Origin: a virus
Virus record (IMG/VR): IMGVR_UViG_3300021375_001810
Reading direction: 5' to 3' (one strand)
DNA length: 64,000 nucleotides
In this document: positions 1 through 8,913 of the stretch, piece after piece
Layout of the letters: each line of letters starts with the position of its first letter
Position numbering within the stretch: position 1 is the first letter of the stretch
The notes under the pieces: generated by a model
The model's database searches: none
Told to the model about the DNA's origin: nothing
What the model saw: only the letters and a program-made list of their open reading frames with translations
Made by a program: the position numbers and the translations under genes

Positions 1-95
1 ATTTGCGAGGTAAAGTTGATCTAAATCCTCCAACCGCATCAGCAAGTAACACTACAGTTACCATTACTGTTACAAGTGGAACTCTTAAGTCGAAC

Positions 96-308
96 TTAGG
101 CCCCTCCTCTATACACAGTACCACCTTTGGCAATGTGCATAATGTCACCACGACATAAACCTATGTCACGTAACTCATAATCTGTTAACTTCTGTAGGTC
201 GCTATAAACTTTTTTGTCATAGCTGGGCTTAATTGTTTTTTTAGTTGTCTTAAAAAAACTTTTAACTAACTCGCAAAAATTACAATATGTTAATGCTAGT
301 GTACTCAT
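96..308 (-). CDS. DUF1127 (YjiS-like) small protein
   Basis: Motif LQKLTDYELRDIGLCRGDI matches the DUF1127 L-x-x-L-x-D-x-x-L-x-DIG-L-x-R pattern. Start placed at ATG 308 (ATGA overlap with upstream stop). Confidence 0.8.
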   Translation of the reverse strand: MSTLALTYCNFCELVKSFFKTTKKTIKPSYDKKVYSDLQKLTDYELRDIGLCRGDIMHIAKGGTVYRGGA

Positions 309-517
309 TTGCCCCACCTCTCTTGTTCCATTGTTTTAAGATCCATCATAAGAGACTTTGCTGCTTCGTGATAGCCAGCACTAGCCAGTTGGCTTGCAGC
401 TCTTGCTGTACCAACATACTTTAATGTATAAGTTGTTTTTGCCCAAAGGCTATTTGCCTTTTTTGAAACCCATGCACAAAATGCACAGTAAAAAGTGTTT
501 ATTGTTTGCGTAGTCAT
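305..517 (-). CDS. small hypothetical protein in DUF1127 operon
   Basis: ORF translationally coupled on both sides (TAATG and ATGA overlaps). Confidence 0.7.
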   Translation of the reverse strand: MTTQTINTFYCAFCAWVSKKANSLWAKTTYTLKYVGTARAASQLASAGYHEAAKSLMMDLKTMEQERWGK

Positions 518-705
518 TATACCCATCCTTCTAAGTTTTGGTTTGTTAAGTGTGTTCTCGGCGGTGCCTTTCCGTCATGAGTAATCATGTACTCGTACGC
601 ATATCTCCAGTCACTTCCGTATTCTGTTTTTGCCCATACTTGGTAGTCGTGATTGGATGTCTTAGATCCAAACAAATACCGTAGGACTTTATTCACCTTT
701 TTCAT
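517..705 (-). CDS. small hypothetical protein, first gene of DUF1127 operon
   Basis: 62-aa ORF with AGGAG SD upstream on the minus strand. Confidence 0.7.
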   Translation of the reverse strand: MKKVNKVLRYLFGSKTSNHDYQVWAKTEYGSDWRYAYEYMITHDGKAPPRTHLTNQNLEGWV

Positions 706-733
706 AGTGATCTCCTGTATCTAATGTTGTGGA

Positions 734-861
734 TGCTTGAGGAAAGCAATACCCCCTGTCTTTTCAGGGCGTCAGTGGTCTTTTCCACCGTCAATGTCGC
801 TTTGGACATCGTCAATTGCTGATTTAGGAGTGCTTTCAACTCCCCGGTCTATCCCAGTGTC
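734..861 (-). ncRNA. structured 5' leader or sRNA: tandem array of GAC-flanked hexaloop hairpins
   Basis: Three abutting UGACG+stem+6-nt-loop units (754-774, 775-793, 794-814) with different but fully paired stems, a fourth unit at 844-861, and flanking hairpins. Confidence 0.65.
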
Positions 862-926
862 TGTGTGTTTTTACAACCTAAGTTAGTATGGTGTAATTGC
901 TACTCCATTACTTTTTGTAACGCTTT

Positions 927-932
927 TATTTA
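927..932 (-). promoter_or_regulatory. T4-like late promoter (TAAATA) for the DUF1127 operon
   Basis: TATTTA on the + strand, upstream of the structured leader. Confidence 0.5.
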
Positions 933-1032
933 TCATAGTAGTTAATTTTTTTCAACTGTTTTGACGTCAAAAACGCCGATTTTCGCCACTTTTTTTGCAT
1001 ACACGTTATACTATTATTGCATACCTATATAA

Positions 1033-1070
1033 TTTACACAATCTTTACACGACTGTAATCTAATCTACAT
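1033..1070 (+). promoter_or_regulatory. Pho-box/OmpR-family-like 11-bp-spaced direct repeats
   Basis: TTTACAC at 1033 and 1044; CTGTAAT at 1053 and TCTACAT at 1064; upstream of porin-like and PiT-like genes. Confidence 0.35.
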
Positions 1071-1115
1071 CTTTTATTCGTTAAATAAAATCGATGAGGA
1101 CAGGTGTTCTCATTT

Positions 1116-1151
1116 ATTGTGAGCGATGGGGTAAAGCCATCAAGCAAGGAG
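1116..1151 (+). repeat. 36-nt leader repeat copy 1 (hairpin plus SD)
   Basis: ATTGTGAGCGATGGGGTAAAGCCATCAAGCAAGGAG; 34/36 identical to 1529-1564. Confidence 0.9.
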
Positions 1152-1157
1152 AAAAAA

Positions 1158-1469
1158 ATGAAAGCAATAATCACAGCAATAGTGATGTACATTGTAACGA
1201 CTACAGCCTATGCAGGACCGTATGTTGAATACAAGCACGAACACCAACACAAAGACTGGAAGTTTGACAAGAATACAGAACATCTACGTCTTGGATACAA
1301 GGCTAAAAACAACCTTTACTTTGAACTAGGACCAATGACAAACGGCTATAGTTACGAAGCAGGTTACAAAGTAAAATTAAATAGATTTACTTTTAAAGGC
1401 AAACTAGAAACAAAAGACACAGGCATATCCAAATCAAAGTTAGAAACGGAAATTCGATATAACTTTTGA
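1158..1469 (+). CDS. secreted small beta-barrel/porin-like protein
   Basis: SD AAGGAG then ATG 1158; signal peptide (MKAIITAIV...AYA); alternating beta-strand pattern; C-terminal YNF. Confidence 0.65.
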   Translation: MKAIITAIVMYIVTTTAYAGPYVEYKHEHQHKDWKFDKNTEHLRLGYKAKNNLYFELGPMTNGYSYEAGYKVKLNRFTFKGKLETKDTGISKSKLETEIRYNF

Positions 1470-1498
1470 TTGACAGTAACATTGGGTGATGTTACAGT
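1470..1498 (+). promoter_or_regulatory. sigma70-type promoter with palindromic spacer
   Basis: TTGACA-N17-TACAGT; inverted repeat GTAACAT/ATGTTAC spans the spacer. Confidence 0.55.
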
Positions 1499-1528
1499 TA
1501 AAAAGTAGTAAGCAATTTCGCTTACTAG

Positions 1529-1564
1529 ATTGTGAGCGACGGGGTAAAGCCGTCAAGCAAGGAG
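1529..1564 (+). repeat. 36-nt leader repeat copy 2 (hairpin plus SD)
   Basis: ATTGTGAGCGACGGGGTAAAGCCGTCAAGCAAGGAG; the two differences from copy 1 form one compensatory base pair. Confidence 0.9.
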
Positions 1565-1573
1565 TAATAAAAA

Positions 1574-2545
1574 ATGGAAGCACTCACTTTATGGAGCCTT
1601 GTAGGGTTCCTGTTCGCAGCATACGCTGTAATTGCCAACGACTCAGTACAGACTCTCGGTACATGGATGGCATCAAACAATGAGAGATTCAACTACAAAA
1701 CTTTATGGGCAGCCGCAAGTACAGTGTTACTTGCAACCCTTTGGTATGGTTGGAGTGTAAATGGTGGCGACATCAGTTACGGAAGACTTAACAGGATACC
1801 CTGGCAAGAAGTACAATGGTATCATGCAGCCGCACCGGCAATCCTAGTTGCACTAACAAGACTAGGTGTACCAGTATCAACTTCGTTCTTGGTCTTATCA
1901 GTATTTGCTTCAACTTTCGTGTTGGAGAAAATGCTTATGAAATCGATAATGGGTTACGGTGTAGCCGCAGGTTTTGCATACATGGTATGGTTTGCTATAA
2001 CAAAGTATGCAAACAGTTGGTTTGACGAAACAAAACCAGTAAGCGAAGACAACAAAAGGTTTTGGCGTATTGCACAATGGATAGCAACTGGTGGCTTGTG
2101 GTGGACATGGCTTAGTCATGACATGGCAAACATCGCTGTATTCCTACCACGTGTAATTCCTGTGGACTTAATGATTCTAATTAGTTTTGTTTTTGTAGCA
2201 GGCATGTTCTTTATGTTTAGAGAACGAGGCGGTAAGATACAACAAATTGTTCTAGAGAAGCATAATACAAAGTATGTAAGATCAGCAACACTAATTGATT
2301 TATTCTACTGGTTGTGCTTGTACTTCTTTAAAGAGCTTAACGATATTCCTATGTCAACAACTTGGGTGTTCGTTGGTCTACTTGCAGGACGTGAACTAGC
2401 AATGGCAACATACTATGGTAAGCAAAAGACCAAGAGTGTGTTTCCACTAGTAGCAAAGGACTTTGGTAAGATGATGGTCGGACTTGGTGCTTCAGTAGCA
2501 TTGGTTCTTATGATCCATTATATTATTCTTCCTAACGGACTTTAA
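1574..2545 (+). CDS. PiT/PHO4-like phosphate (or sulfate) permease
   Basis: Multi-TM protein with duplicated PiT-like signatures IANDSVQT...PVSTS and SHDMANIA...PMSTT. Confidence 0.65.
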   Translation: MEALTLWSLVGFLFAAYAVIANDSVQTLGTWMASNNERFNYKTLWAAASTVLLATLWYGWSVNGGDISYGRLNRIPWQEVQWYHAAAPAILVALTRLGVPVSTSFLVLSVFASTFVLEKMLMKSIMGYGVAAGFAYMVWFAITKYANSWFDETKPVSEDNKRFWRIAQWIATGGLWWTWLSHDMANIAVFLPRVIPVDLMILISFVFVAGMFFMFRERGGKIQQIVLEKHNTKYVRSATLIDLFYWLCLYFFKELNDIPMSTTWVFVGLLAGRELAMATYYGKQKTKSVFPLVAKDFGKMMVGLGASVALVLMIHYIILPNGL

Positions 2546-2552
2546 TACTATC

Positions 2553-2586
2553 AAAGGTTATGTTTAACGACATGACCTTTTCTTTT
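2553..2586 (+). terminator. intrinsic terminator
   Basis: AAAGGTTATGT/ACATGACCTTT stem followed by T tract. Confidence 0.7.
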
Positions 2587-2600
2587 GACTAATATACCGG

Positions 2601-2629
2601 TTGACAACACTATATTAGTAATGTATAAT
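2601..2629 (+). promoter_or_regulatory. sigma70 promoter
   Basis: Perfect TTGACA-N17-TATAAT. Confidence 0.85.
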
Positions 2630-2651
2630 ATACACATATACAGAGGAGATT

Positions 2652-3254
2652 ATGAATAAAGTGAGAAAAACAATACTAACAGACGCAGATGGTGTACTTC
2701 TTGATTGGGAATGGGCATTTACTATTTGGATGGAACAGCATGGTCATGAAAAGGTAAAAGGATACCAGTTCATGTATGATATTGGAGAACGTTACGGAAT
2801 AACTAAAGATCAAAGTAGAAAATTAGTTAAACTGTTTAACGAAAGTGCAAGTATTGGCTTCCTACCTCCTTTGAGAGATGCTATGTATTATGTAAAACGT
2901 TTACATGAAGAACATGGTTACGACTTTATCTGTGTAACAAGTCTAAGCAAAAACAAAGATGCTTGTGAGTTGCGTAAAATGAATTTACGTAAACTGTTTG
3001 GTAAGAGTGCATTTAAAGGATTTAAATTTTTAGATACTGGTGCTGATAAAGACGATGCACTTGCTAAGTGGAAAGACAGTGGACTATGGTGGTTAGAAGA
3101 CAAACCAGAAAACTGTGAAGCAGGACTTAAAGCAGGACTTAAACCTATCCTAGTTGAACATGGACACAACATGGGTAATAAGAATTCAGAAATTACAGTA
3201 TGTAAGAACTGGAAAGAAATTTACAACACAATTTTAGAAAGGGATAACGTTTGA
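2652..3254 (+). CDS. HAD-family phosphatase / 5'(3')-deoxyribonucleotidase-like
   Basis: HAD motif I DADGVL, VTS, K, and LEDK motifs. Confidence 0.75.
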   Translation: MNKVRKTILTDADGVLLDWEWAFTIWMEQHGHEKVKGYQFMYDIGERYGITKDQSRKLVKLFNESASIGFLPPLRDAMYYVKRLHEEHGYDFICVTSLSKNKDACELRKMNLRKLFGKSAFKGFKFLDTGADKDDALAKWKDSGLWWLEDKPENCEAGLKAGLKPILVEHGHNMGNKNSEITVCKNWKEIYNTILERDNV

Positions 3255-3256
3255 AA

Positions 3257-4210
3257 ATGAAAATTATTGCAGGGAATGCCAATAGACCATTAGCACAGGA
3301 AATAGCAGAACATTGTTTTGCTGGATTAGTACCAGCAAGTATTACAACATTTGCAGACGGTGAAACTAGTGTTGAGTTTAACGAAAATGTAAGAGGTGAA
3401 GATGTTTTTGTTGTTCAACCCACTTGCTCACCAGTAAATGATAGTTTAATGGAATTGCTAGTAATGATTGATGCGGCACGTAGATCAAGTGCTAGTCGTA
3501 TTACAGCAGTTATTCCGTATTTTGGATATGCACGGCAAGATCGTAAGAGTGCAAGTCGTACTCCTATTACAGCCAAACTAGTTGCTAACTTATTAGTTAC
3601 AGCAGGTGCAGACAGAATACTTACTATGGATTTACATGCAGGACAGATACAGGGCTTCTTTGATATTCCTGTTGACGATCTAACAAGTAGACTTGTATTT
3701 GCAAAAGATATTAAACGTAGTATTGGGTTAGTTGATGATCCTGATGTAATACAAACAGGAACAGTTTTTGTTTCACCAGATGCAGGCGGAGCCGTTAGGG
3801 CTCGTAAGTTTGCAGACATGTTCCACGGTGATATTGCTATTGTTGACAAACGTAGACCTGAAGCAGGCAAGTCAGAAGTAATGGCACTAATTGGTGACGT
3901 AGAAGGTAAACATGCTATACTAGTTGACGACATTATTGATAGTGGCGGCACACTTGTTAAAGCCGCTGACGCAATTATGAAAGCTGGCGCACTGTCAGTT
4001 CGAGCATATATTACACACGGAGTTTTGTCAGGCGAGGCTTGTCAAAAGGTAGAAAAGAGTGTACTAGAAGAATTGGTAGTAACAGACTCAATTAAGAATC
4101 GTTGCCCAAAGAACTGTAAGAAAACTAGACAAGTAAGTGTTGCCACACTGTTAGGCGAAGCAATACGTAGAGTATCAAACGAAGAAAGCGTTAGTAGTTT
4201 ATTTGGCTAA
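3257..4210 (+). CDS. prs: ribose-phosphate pyrophosphokinase
   Basis: [43 protein letters not shown] motifs. Confidence 0.97.
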   Translation: MKIIAGNANRPLAQEIAEHCFAGLVPASITTFADGETSVEFNENVRGEDVFVVQPTCSPVNDSLMELLVMIDAARRSSASRITAVIPYFGYARQDRKSASRTPITAKLVANLLVTAGADRILTMDLHAGQIQGFFDIPVDDLTSRLVFAKDIKRSIGLVDDPDVIQTGTVFVSPDAGGAVRARKFADMFHGDIAIVDKRRPEAGKSEVMALIGDVEGKHAILVDDIIDSGGTLVKAADAIMKAGALSVRAYITHGVLSGEACQKVEKSVLEELVVTDSIKNRCPKNCKKTRQVSVATLLGEAIRRVSNEESVSSLFG

Positions 4211-4966
4211 CGCAGATTCGATATGTTTTATATATTCGTCTATGCTGTGATCTGAGAAGCTGTCAATCTTACCTTGTTTCAAGCCCATCCAGATGCCTCT
4301 GAATTTATCTTTAATTCTTTGCCATCCAGTTGGTGATCTCAAATTACCATAAGCGTTTATATAATTTTCAGTACCGTGATGTCTATAACCTACAAACGCA
4401 GGCGGAACATTAGTAACAACATCGTTATTATTTTTCCATCTATGATGATTAATACCTAGGCTAGAACAATATCCTGGCCATCCAACTCTAGGAGAACCAT
4501 ACGTGAATAACTCAATTGGATCATTAAGTTTTTGGTTATATAACGCTCTTGAAGCCATAATAGTAGCCATTGCCGCACCTAAACTATGTCCGCAAAACCA
4601 AAGATCTTTCTTTAAGTTTACTTTACGATCAATGTCTTCTTCTACCATTGGCCAAAGATCGTCTACTTCTTTCTTAAAACCTCTGTGTACTCGTGAAACT
4701 GTTTCTGCTAATACAGGTAGTGCCTGTAAATCTGCTTTAATGTCACCAAACTCTGTTGGTTGTGTACCACGACATGCAATTACAAGATCAGCTTTATTCA
4801 TAAAGCGATATGCTTGTGCCCCGTCTCGGTCGTAAAATTCAATTGTGGTGAATCCTAAATCTTTTGCTTGCTTTTTTGCGTCAGTGATGTTATTATATGC
4901 TATTTGCGATAACTTGGCGAATAACAATGATTTTTCTAGATGATTTAAATCTTTTATACATTTCAT
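4199..4966 (-). CDS. class 3 lipase (alpha/beta hydrolase)
   Basis: CRGT, VHRGF, GHSLG nucleophile, [11 protein letters not shown], and DH motifs. Confidence 0.9.
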   Translation of the reverse strand: MKCIKDLNHLEKSLLFAKLSQIAYNNITDAKKQAKDLGFTTIEFYDRDGAQAYRFMNKADLVIACRGTQPTEFGDIKADLQALPVLAETVSRVHRGFKKEVDDLWPMVEEDIDRKVNLKKDLWFCGHSLGAAMATIMASRALYNQKLNDPIELFTYGSPRVGWPGYCSSLGINHHRWKNNNDVVTNVPPAFVGYRHHGTENYINAYGNLRSPTGWQRIKDKFRGIWMGLKQGKIDSFSDHSIDEYIKHIESALAK

Positions 4967-5022
4967 TTAATGCCCCTGTAATAATACTGTTCATGTATAA
5001 CAATATTTATTAATTATTTCAC

Positions 5023-5028
5023 TAAATA
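5023..5028 (+). promoter_or_regulatory. late promoter TAAATA (divergent partner at 5004-5009 on the minus strand)
   Basis: Intergenic TAAATA on both strands between lipase and head cluster. Confidence 0.65.
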
Positions 5029-5049
5029 CTGTATCGGAGTAATGTTAAT

Positions 5050-5310
5050 ATGAGAAAGAAAACTAGAAGTATATTAGAAGAGCTTAATAACTTAGGCCGA
5101 TCGCATGACAACGATCATCTAATAGGCGCAACAGCCAATAACATAATTGAAAGTTCTATTAACCTTTTAAATAGAATTAGTGACACTTATGATGAAACAA
5201 CGGCTAGCGAACTTGAACGAAGATTTATCAATTCAATTAAAAGCGGTGATCCTAGAAAATTTAAACGTGGCATACAAAAAGTAATAGAGGGTAAAAATAA
5301 TGATTCTTAA
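5050..5310 (+). CDS. hypothetical phage protein
   Basis: 86-aa ORF after late promoter and GGAG. Confidence 0.75.
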   Translation: MRKKTRSILEELNNLGRSHDNDHLIGATANNIIESSINLLNRISDTYDETTASELERRFINSIKSGDPRKFKRGIQKVIEGKNNDS

Positions 5311-6058
5311 AGAAGGCGGCAATGTGTTTAAAGGCGAAGATGGTGTACCTGTAACACAAAGAATTAATCGTGCAGATGTTGATCCAACTCTTGCATGGTT
5401 AGAAAAGATTACAGGAATTCCACACAAAGACTTTAAACTAGGTTCAACTGGTATTAGAAGTACAAGTGGAGACATGGATATTGCTGTTAACCAAGAAGAA
5501 GTTAGTAAAGATGATTTAGTTGCAAAGTTAACTGCTTGGGTACAAAAAAACAAGCCACAAGATGACGTTAAGAACTGGATAAGAAAGTCAGGCATTAACG
5601 TACATTTTAAAACTCCGATAAATGGCGACGAAAAGAACGGATATGTACAAACAGACCTAATGTTTGGTAACCCAGAGTTTATGCAATTTTCACTTAGAGG
5701 TGCAGGAGATGATACTCCGTACAAAGGTATGCATCGTATGTTATTAATGGCAAGTATTGCAAAAGCTCAAGGAATGAAATGGTCTGCTAACAAAGGGTTA
5801 CTTGATAGAGCAACCAATGAACTTATTACAGCCAACCCAGATGAAATAGCAGAAAAAATGTTAGGTGCTGGTGCAAAAAGAGCTGACTTGGACAGTGTAG
5901 AAACTATACATGCTAAAATTAAAAACCGTCCTGACTATGAAGATTTAATAGTAGATGCTAAAGAAGCATTTGCAAGAGACAACTTAGAAATGCCAGAAAG
6001 TTTAGCAGACAGGCAACTAAGCAGAATAAAAACTTTATCGAGTGTATTAGTAAGATGA
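5300..6058 (+). CDS. Pol-beta-superfamily nucleotidyltransferase-like protein
   Basis: LGSTG...SGDMDIAV (hG[GS]...DxD) and third carboxylate VQTDL. Confidence 0.7.
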   Translation: MILKEGGNVFKGEDGVPVTQRINRADVDPTLAWLEKITGIPHKDFKLGSTGIRSTSGDMDIAVNQEEVSKDDLVAKLTAWVQKNKPQDDVKNWIRKSGINVHFKTPINGDEKNGYVQTDLMFGNPEFMQFSLRGAGDDTPYKGMHRMLLMASIAKAQGMKWSANKGLLDRATNELITANPDEIAEKMLGAGAKRADLDSVETIHAKIKNRPDYEDLIVDAKEAFARDNLEMPESLADRQLSRIKTLSSVLVR

Positions 6059-7200
6059 GATTTGTAGAATTTAAAAATGTAAATGTAGAAGCAACTACTT
6101 TAGTTGAAGCGGCACGTATACAACATGCTGAGGATTTTGTCTTTTGGGACGGAAGTAAAGGTGCTAGTAGAGTATTACAAAGTTTAATTAATCTTGAAAA
6201 AGGTGGACACAAAGACGTTACAGTTAAATGGGACGGATCTCCCGCAGTTATTTTTGGTCGTGATGAAAATGGAGAATTTATATTCACAGACAAATCAGGG
6301 TTTGTTAAAAAGGGTGGAGTTGCACAATCTAAAAGTCCAAAAGAACTTGAAAAAGAACTTCTAAGTAGAAGCGGAGGAAAGTTTGCAGATGATCCAGATA
6401 GACAGGCGTTTGCTAGTAAGATGGGACGAGCATTTACAGTCTTTGAAGCCGCAACACCTAAAGACCACAGAGGATTTTTTAAAGGCGATTTATTGTATTA
6501 TACAACACCGCCTGTTGAAGATGGTTATTTTAAATTTAAACCACAACTAGTAGAGTATTCAGTTAAACAAGATTCAGAGCTAGGAAAAAAGATTGCACAA
6601 AGTGAAGCAGGCATTGTTATACACAGAGAAGTAGATGCTGAAGGTGGAGAAGGACCCTTAAAGTTTAATGCATTCGAAGGCAATGACTTATTAGTATTTC
6701 CATCAGTAACAGCCGCGGCAGGACCTAAACTAGATACCGACGGTATAGCACAACTAAAAGCAATTATATCAAAAGATGCAGCCGCAATGGATAGTTTATT
6801 AGATCCAAACAAACTTACTGAATTAAAGTTAAAGAAGTTACCTGATGTATTTTATACATATATGAATAGTAAAGTAGATACTGGGCTTGATAACCTTGGT
6901 GCTGACTTTTTAGATTGGGTTGAAAACAGAAACCAGTTAAGCGGAGCGGCAAAGAAAAAGATTGCAACTTATGTAACAGATAACAAAAACGGATTTAATG
7001 CACTGTGGGAAGTAGTAGGAACAATGATGAGAGTTAAAGACGACATCATCAACCAACTTGATAAGCAAGACATTCCTGTAAAACAAAGCATTAACGGACA
7101 ACCTGGCGGTGAGGGATATGTACTAGCCCACCCGGAAGGCGATATTAAATTAGTACCAAGAGCAACATTCACAGCAGCCAATAGAGCTGTACAACGCTAA
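6055..7200 (+). CDS. ligase-fold (covalent nucleotidyltransferase) protein
   Basis: Motif I VKWDGS, motif III-like KGDLL, motif IV EGYVL, motif V IKLV. Confidence 0.6.
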   Translation: MRFVEFKNVNVEATTLVEAARIQHAEDFVFWDGSKGASRVLQSLINLEKGGHKDVTVKWDGSPAVIFGRDENGEFIFTDKSGFVKKGGVAQSKSPKELEKELLSRSGGKFADDPDRQAFASKMGRAFTVFEAATPKDHRGFFKGDLLYYTTPPVEDGYFKFKPQLVEYSVKQDSELGKKIAQSEAGIVIHREVDAEGGEGPLKFNAFEGNDLLVFPSVTAAAGPKLDTDGIAQLKAIISKDAAAMDSLLDPNKLTELKLKKLPDVFYTYMNSKVDTGLDNLGADFLDWVENRNQLSGAAKKKIATYVTDNKNGFNALWEVVGTMMRVKDDIINQLDKQDIPVKQSINGQPGGEGYVLAHPEGDIKLVPRATFTAANRAVQR

Positions 7201-7210
7201 GGAGCATAAA

Positions 7211-7579
7211 ATGAGAATTAAAGAATTTGTAGAAGATGAATTTGATATGGATTATCGTCCAGGTCTAGACAAACACGGTATGGAACTTGACAAAGATGAT
7301 GGCGACATGACAAACTTCAAACAAGAAGCAATGCAAGTACAACTTATGAAAGTAGCAGATTCCGCAGAGGATGATGATATTAAAAATCCTGTACGTTCAG
7401 TTACAACTGACGACGGTAAAGAACATAGAGTTGAACATGCTGAAGCAGAAGCACTACTTAGAGTTTTAAGTGCAAACATCAAGCCACAAGTAAAAGTAAA
7501 AATAATGAAGGACATTCAAACTTCAAAAGGCTTACAAACTATGTTGGCATTTGTACATAGAAATAAGATTGTGAAGTAA
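7211..7579 (+). CDS. hypothetical, probable internal head protein
   Basis: AGGAG SD; N-terminus MRIKEFVE. Confidence 0.7.
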   Translation: MRIKEFVEDEFDMDYRPGLDKHGMELDKDDGDMTNFKQEAMQVQLMKVADSAEDDDIKNPVRSVTTDDGKEHRVEHAEAEALLRVLSANIKPQVKVKIMKDIQTSKGLQTMLAFVHRNKIVK

Positions 7580-7584
7580 TCAAC

Positions 7585-8451
7585 ATGGACTTTATTAAAG
7601 ATCTTCACGAAGCGAGAATGACTCGCAACGCAAACAATCAAAGAGTATTAACATATACAGATTGTTGTGAGCGTCTTTATCTTTCTATGCTAGTTTTAGA
7701 ACTGTTATACAAGTTCAAATCATATAGACCACAAGCCCAAGCGTATGCTAAGAAGACTGTATCACATGATTCTTATAAGCATTTTCGAATGAATAGTACA
7801 GACCTATACAACTTTATACATTTTGTAACAGGTGATGACGATGCCCTTAGCAAACTTAAAGATCCTGGATCAGCATTAGCATTACGCAAATCAACTACAC
7901 TGCCTACAATGGCAGTTAACCGTTATATATCAACAGTATCAAGCGGAACTAATCGTAATGCTTCACAAACATTTATACAAATAGAGTCAGCATTACGAAT
8001 TACTAATACAGATTACAAAGCAATAAGACGCGGACTGTTTAGTTTATCTTCAATGCAACAAATTGATATTAAAAAACTAGTAACAAGATTGCTTATTGCT
8101 TCAAGAGCAAAATTACGTAGTTCAGATATTATATCATATTTAGAATCACTAGCTGCTGACAAAGACTTAGAAGTAGGCGGAGTTCCTGATAACGAACCAA
8201 CAGTAAGTGTTCCAGACATAGTGCCAACAGGCAGAGACTTACAGATGTATAGATACTTTGTAGGCACTCAAAATTTACAACTGACTAAGAAATTTTTAGA
8301 ACTTGCTAAACAGGGTAAGCCTATTCCAGCACCAATGGTTCAAGCATACTTACCAGCCATTAAAATGCTGGATGATATAGTAAAAGCAGGCCCAAGTTTT
8401 GTATCTGCGGTAAGAAATACCCACAATCGAGCCAAAAAGTACCTAAAATAA
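7585..8451 (+). CDS. hypothetical phage protein
   Basis: 288-aa ORF in operon. Confidence 0.75.
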   Translation: MDFIKDLHEARMTRNANNQRVLTYTDCCERLYLSMLVLELLYKFKSYRPQAQAYAKKTVSHDSYKHFRMNSTDLYNFIHFVTGDDDALSKLKDPGSALALRKSTTLPTMAVNRYISTVSSGTNRNASQTFIQIESALRITNTDYKAIRRGLFSLSSMQQIDIKKLVTRLLIASRAKLRSSDIISYLESLAADKDLEVGGVPDNEPTVSVPDIVPTGRDLQMYRYFVGTQNLQLTKKFLELAKQGKPIPAPMVQAYLPAIKMLDDIVKAGPSFVSAVRNTHNRAKKYLK

Positions 8452-8471
8452 GGTATTTTCTTTCAAAAGAC

Positions 8472-8508
8472 TAAATACATATAACAACTTCACGGAGCGT
8501 GAATTTGT
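8472..8508 (+). promoter_or_regulatory. late promoter TAAATA plus leader hairpin with CGGAGCG apex
   Basis: TAAATA 8472-8477; stem TTCACG/CGTGAA. Confidence 0.6.
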
Positions 8509-8533
8509 CCATTAAAATTATAGGAGATATAAA

Positions 8534-8812
8534 ATGGCAGTAGTATCAAACCCAAACGCAGCTGTAACAGCTGGAAACGGTGTAGGACCGGTAACAAGAG
8601 TAGTAACTCTTTCTAAATCAAGCATCTCAAATGATGAAGCTCGTGCAGCTATCACAACAGCTGAAAACGAAGGCAACACAGTTGCTGGCGTAATCATGGA
8701 AACAAACGTTGTAACAGTATTGTTACAAGGTGCTGGCATCACTGATGGCTCTAACTACGGTGTTGGTTCAACAGGCGTAACAGCAGCAACTACATTGACG
8801 TTTACACAGTAA
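8534..8812 (+). CDS. small A/T/G/V-rich probable virion structural protein
   Basis: Own late promoter, strong SD and terminator; beta-rich composition. Confidence 0.65.
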   Translation: MAVVSNPNAAVTAGNGVGPVTRVVTLSKSSISNDEARAAITTAENEGNTVAGVIMETNVVTVLLQGAGITDGSNYGVGSTGVTAATTLTFTQ

Positions 8813-8864
8813 TCCTAGCTACCATTAGGAACGTGACTTATGGCCTACGGGCAGGCGTCACACT

Positions 8865-8896
8865 AAAAAGCTCACTTTTACAGTGGGCTTTTTTTT
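8865..8896 (+). terminator. intrinsic terminator
   Basis: AAAAAGCTCACT/AGTGGGCTTTTTTTT. Confidence 0.85.
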
Positions 8897-8913
8897 GACT
8901 GTTTAAATACAGT

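Noticed and set aside
754-814. CGTCA-spaced units resembling a mini CRISPR array
   Set aside because: The repeat is only 5 nt, the spacers are self-complementary hairpins, and no cas genes are visible.
1116-1125. ATTGTGAGCG matches the left half of the lac operator (also at 1529)
   Set aside because: No right half-site and no vector context; the covariation points to an RNA element.
2607-2621. NrdR-box-like ACACTATATTAGT
   Set aside because: The second half deviates from consensus, it is single copy, and it is not upstream of nrdAB.
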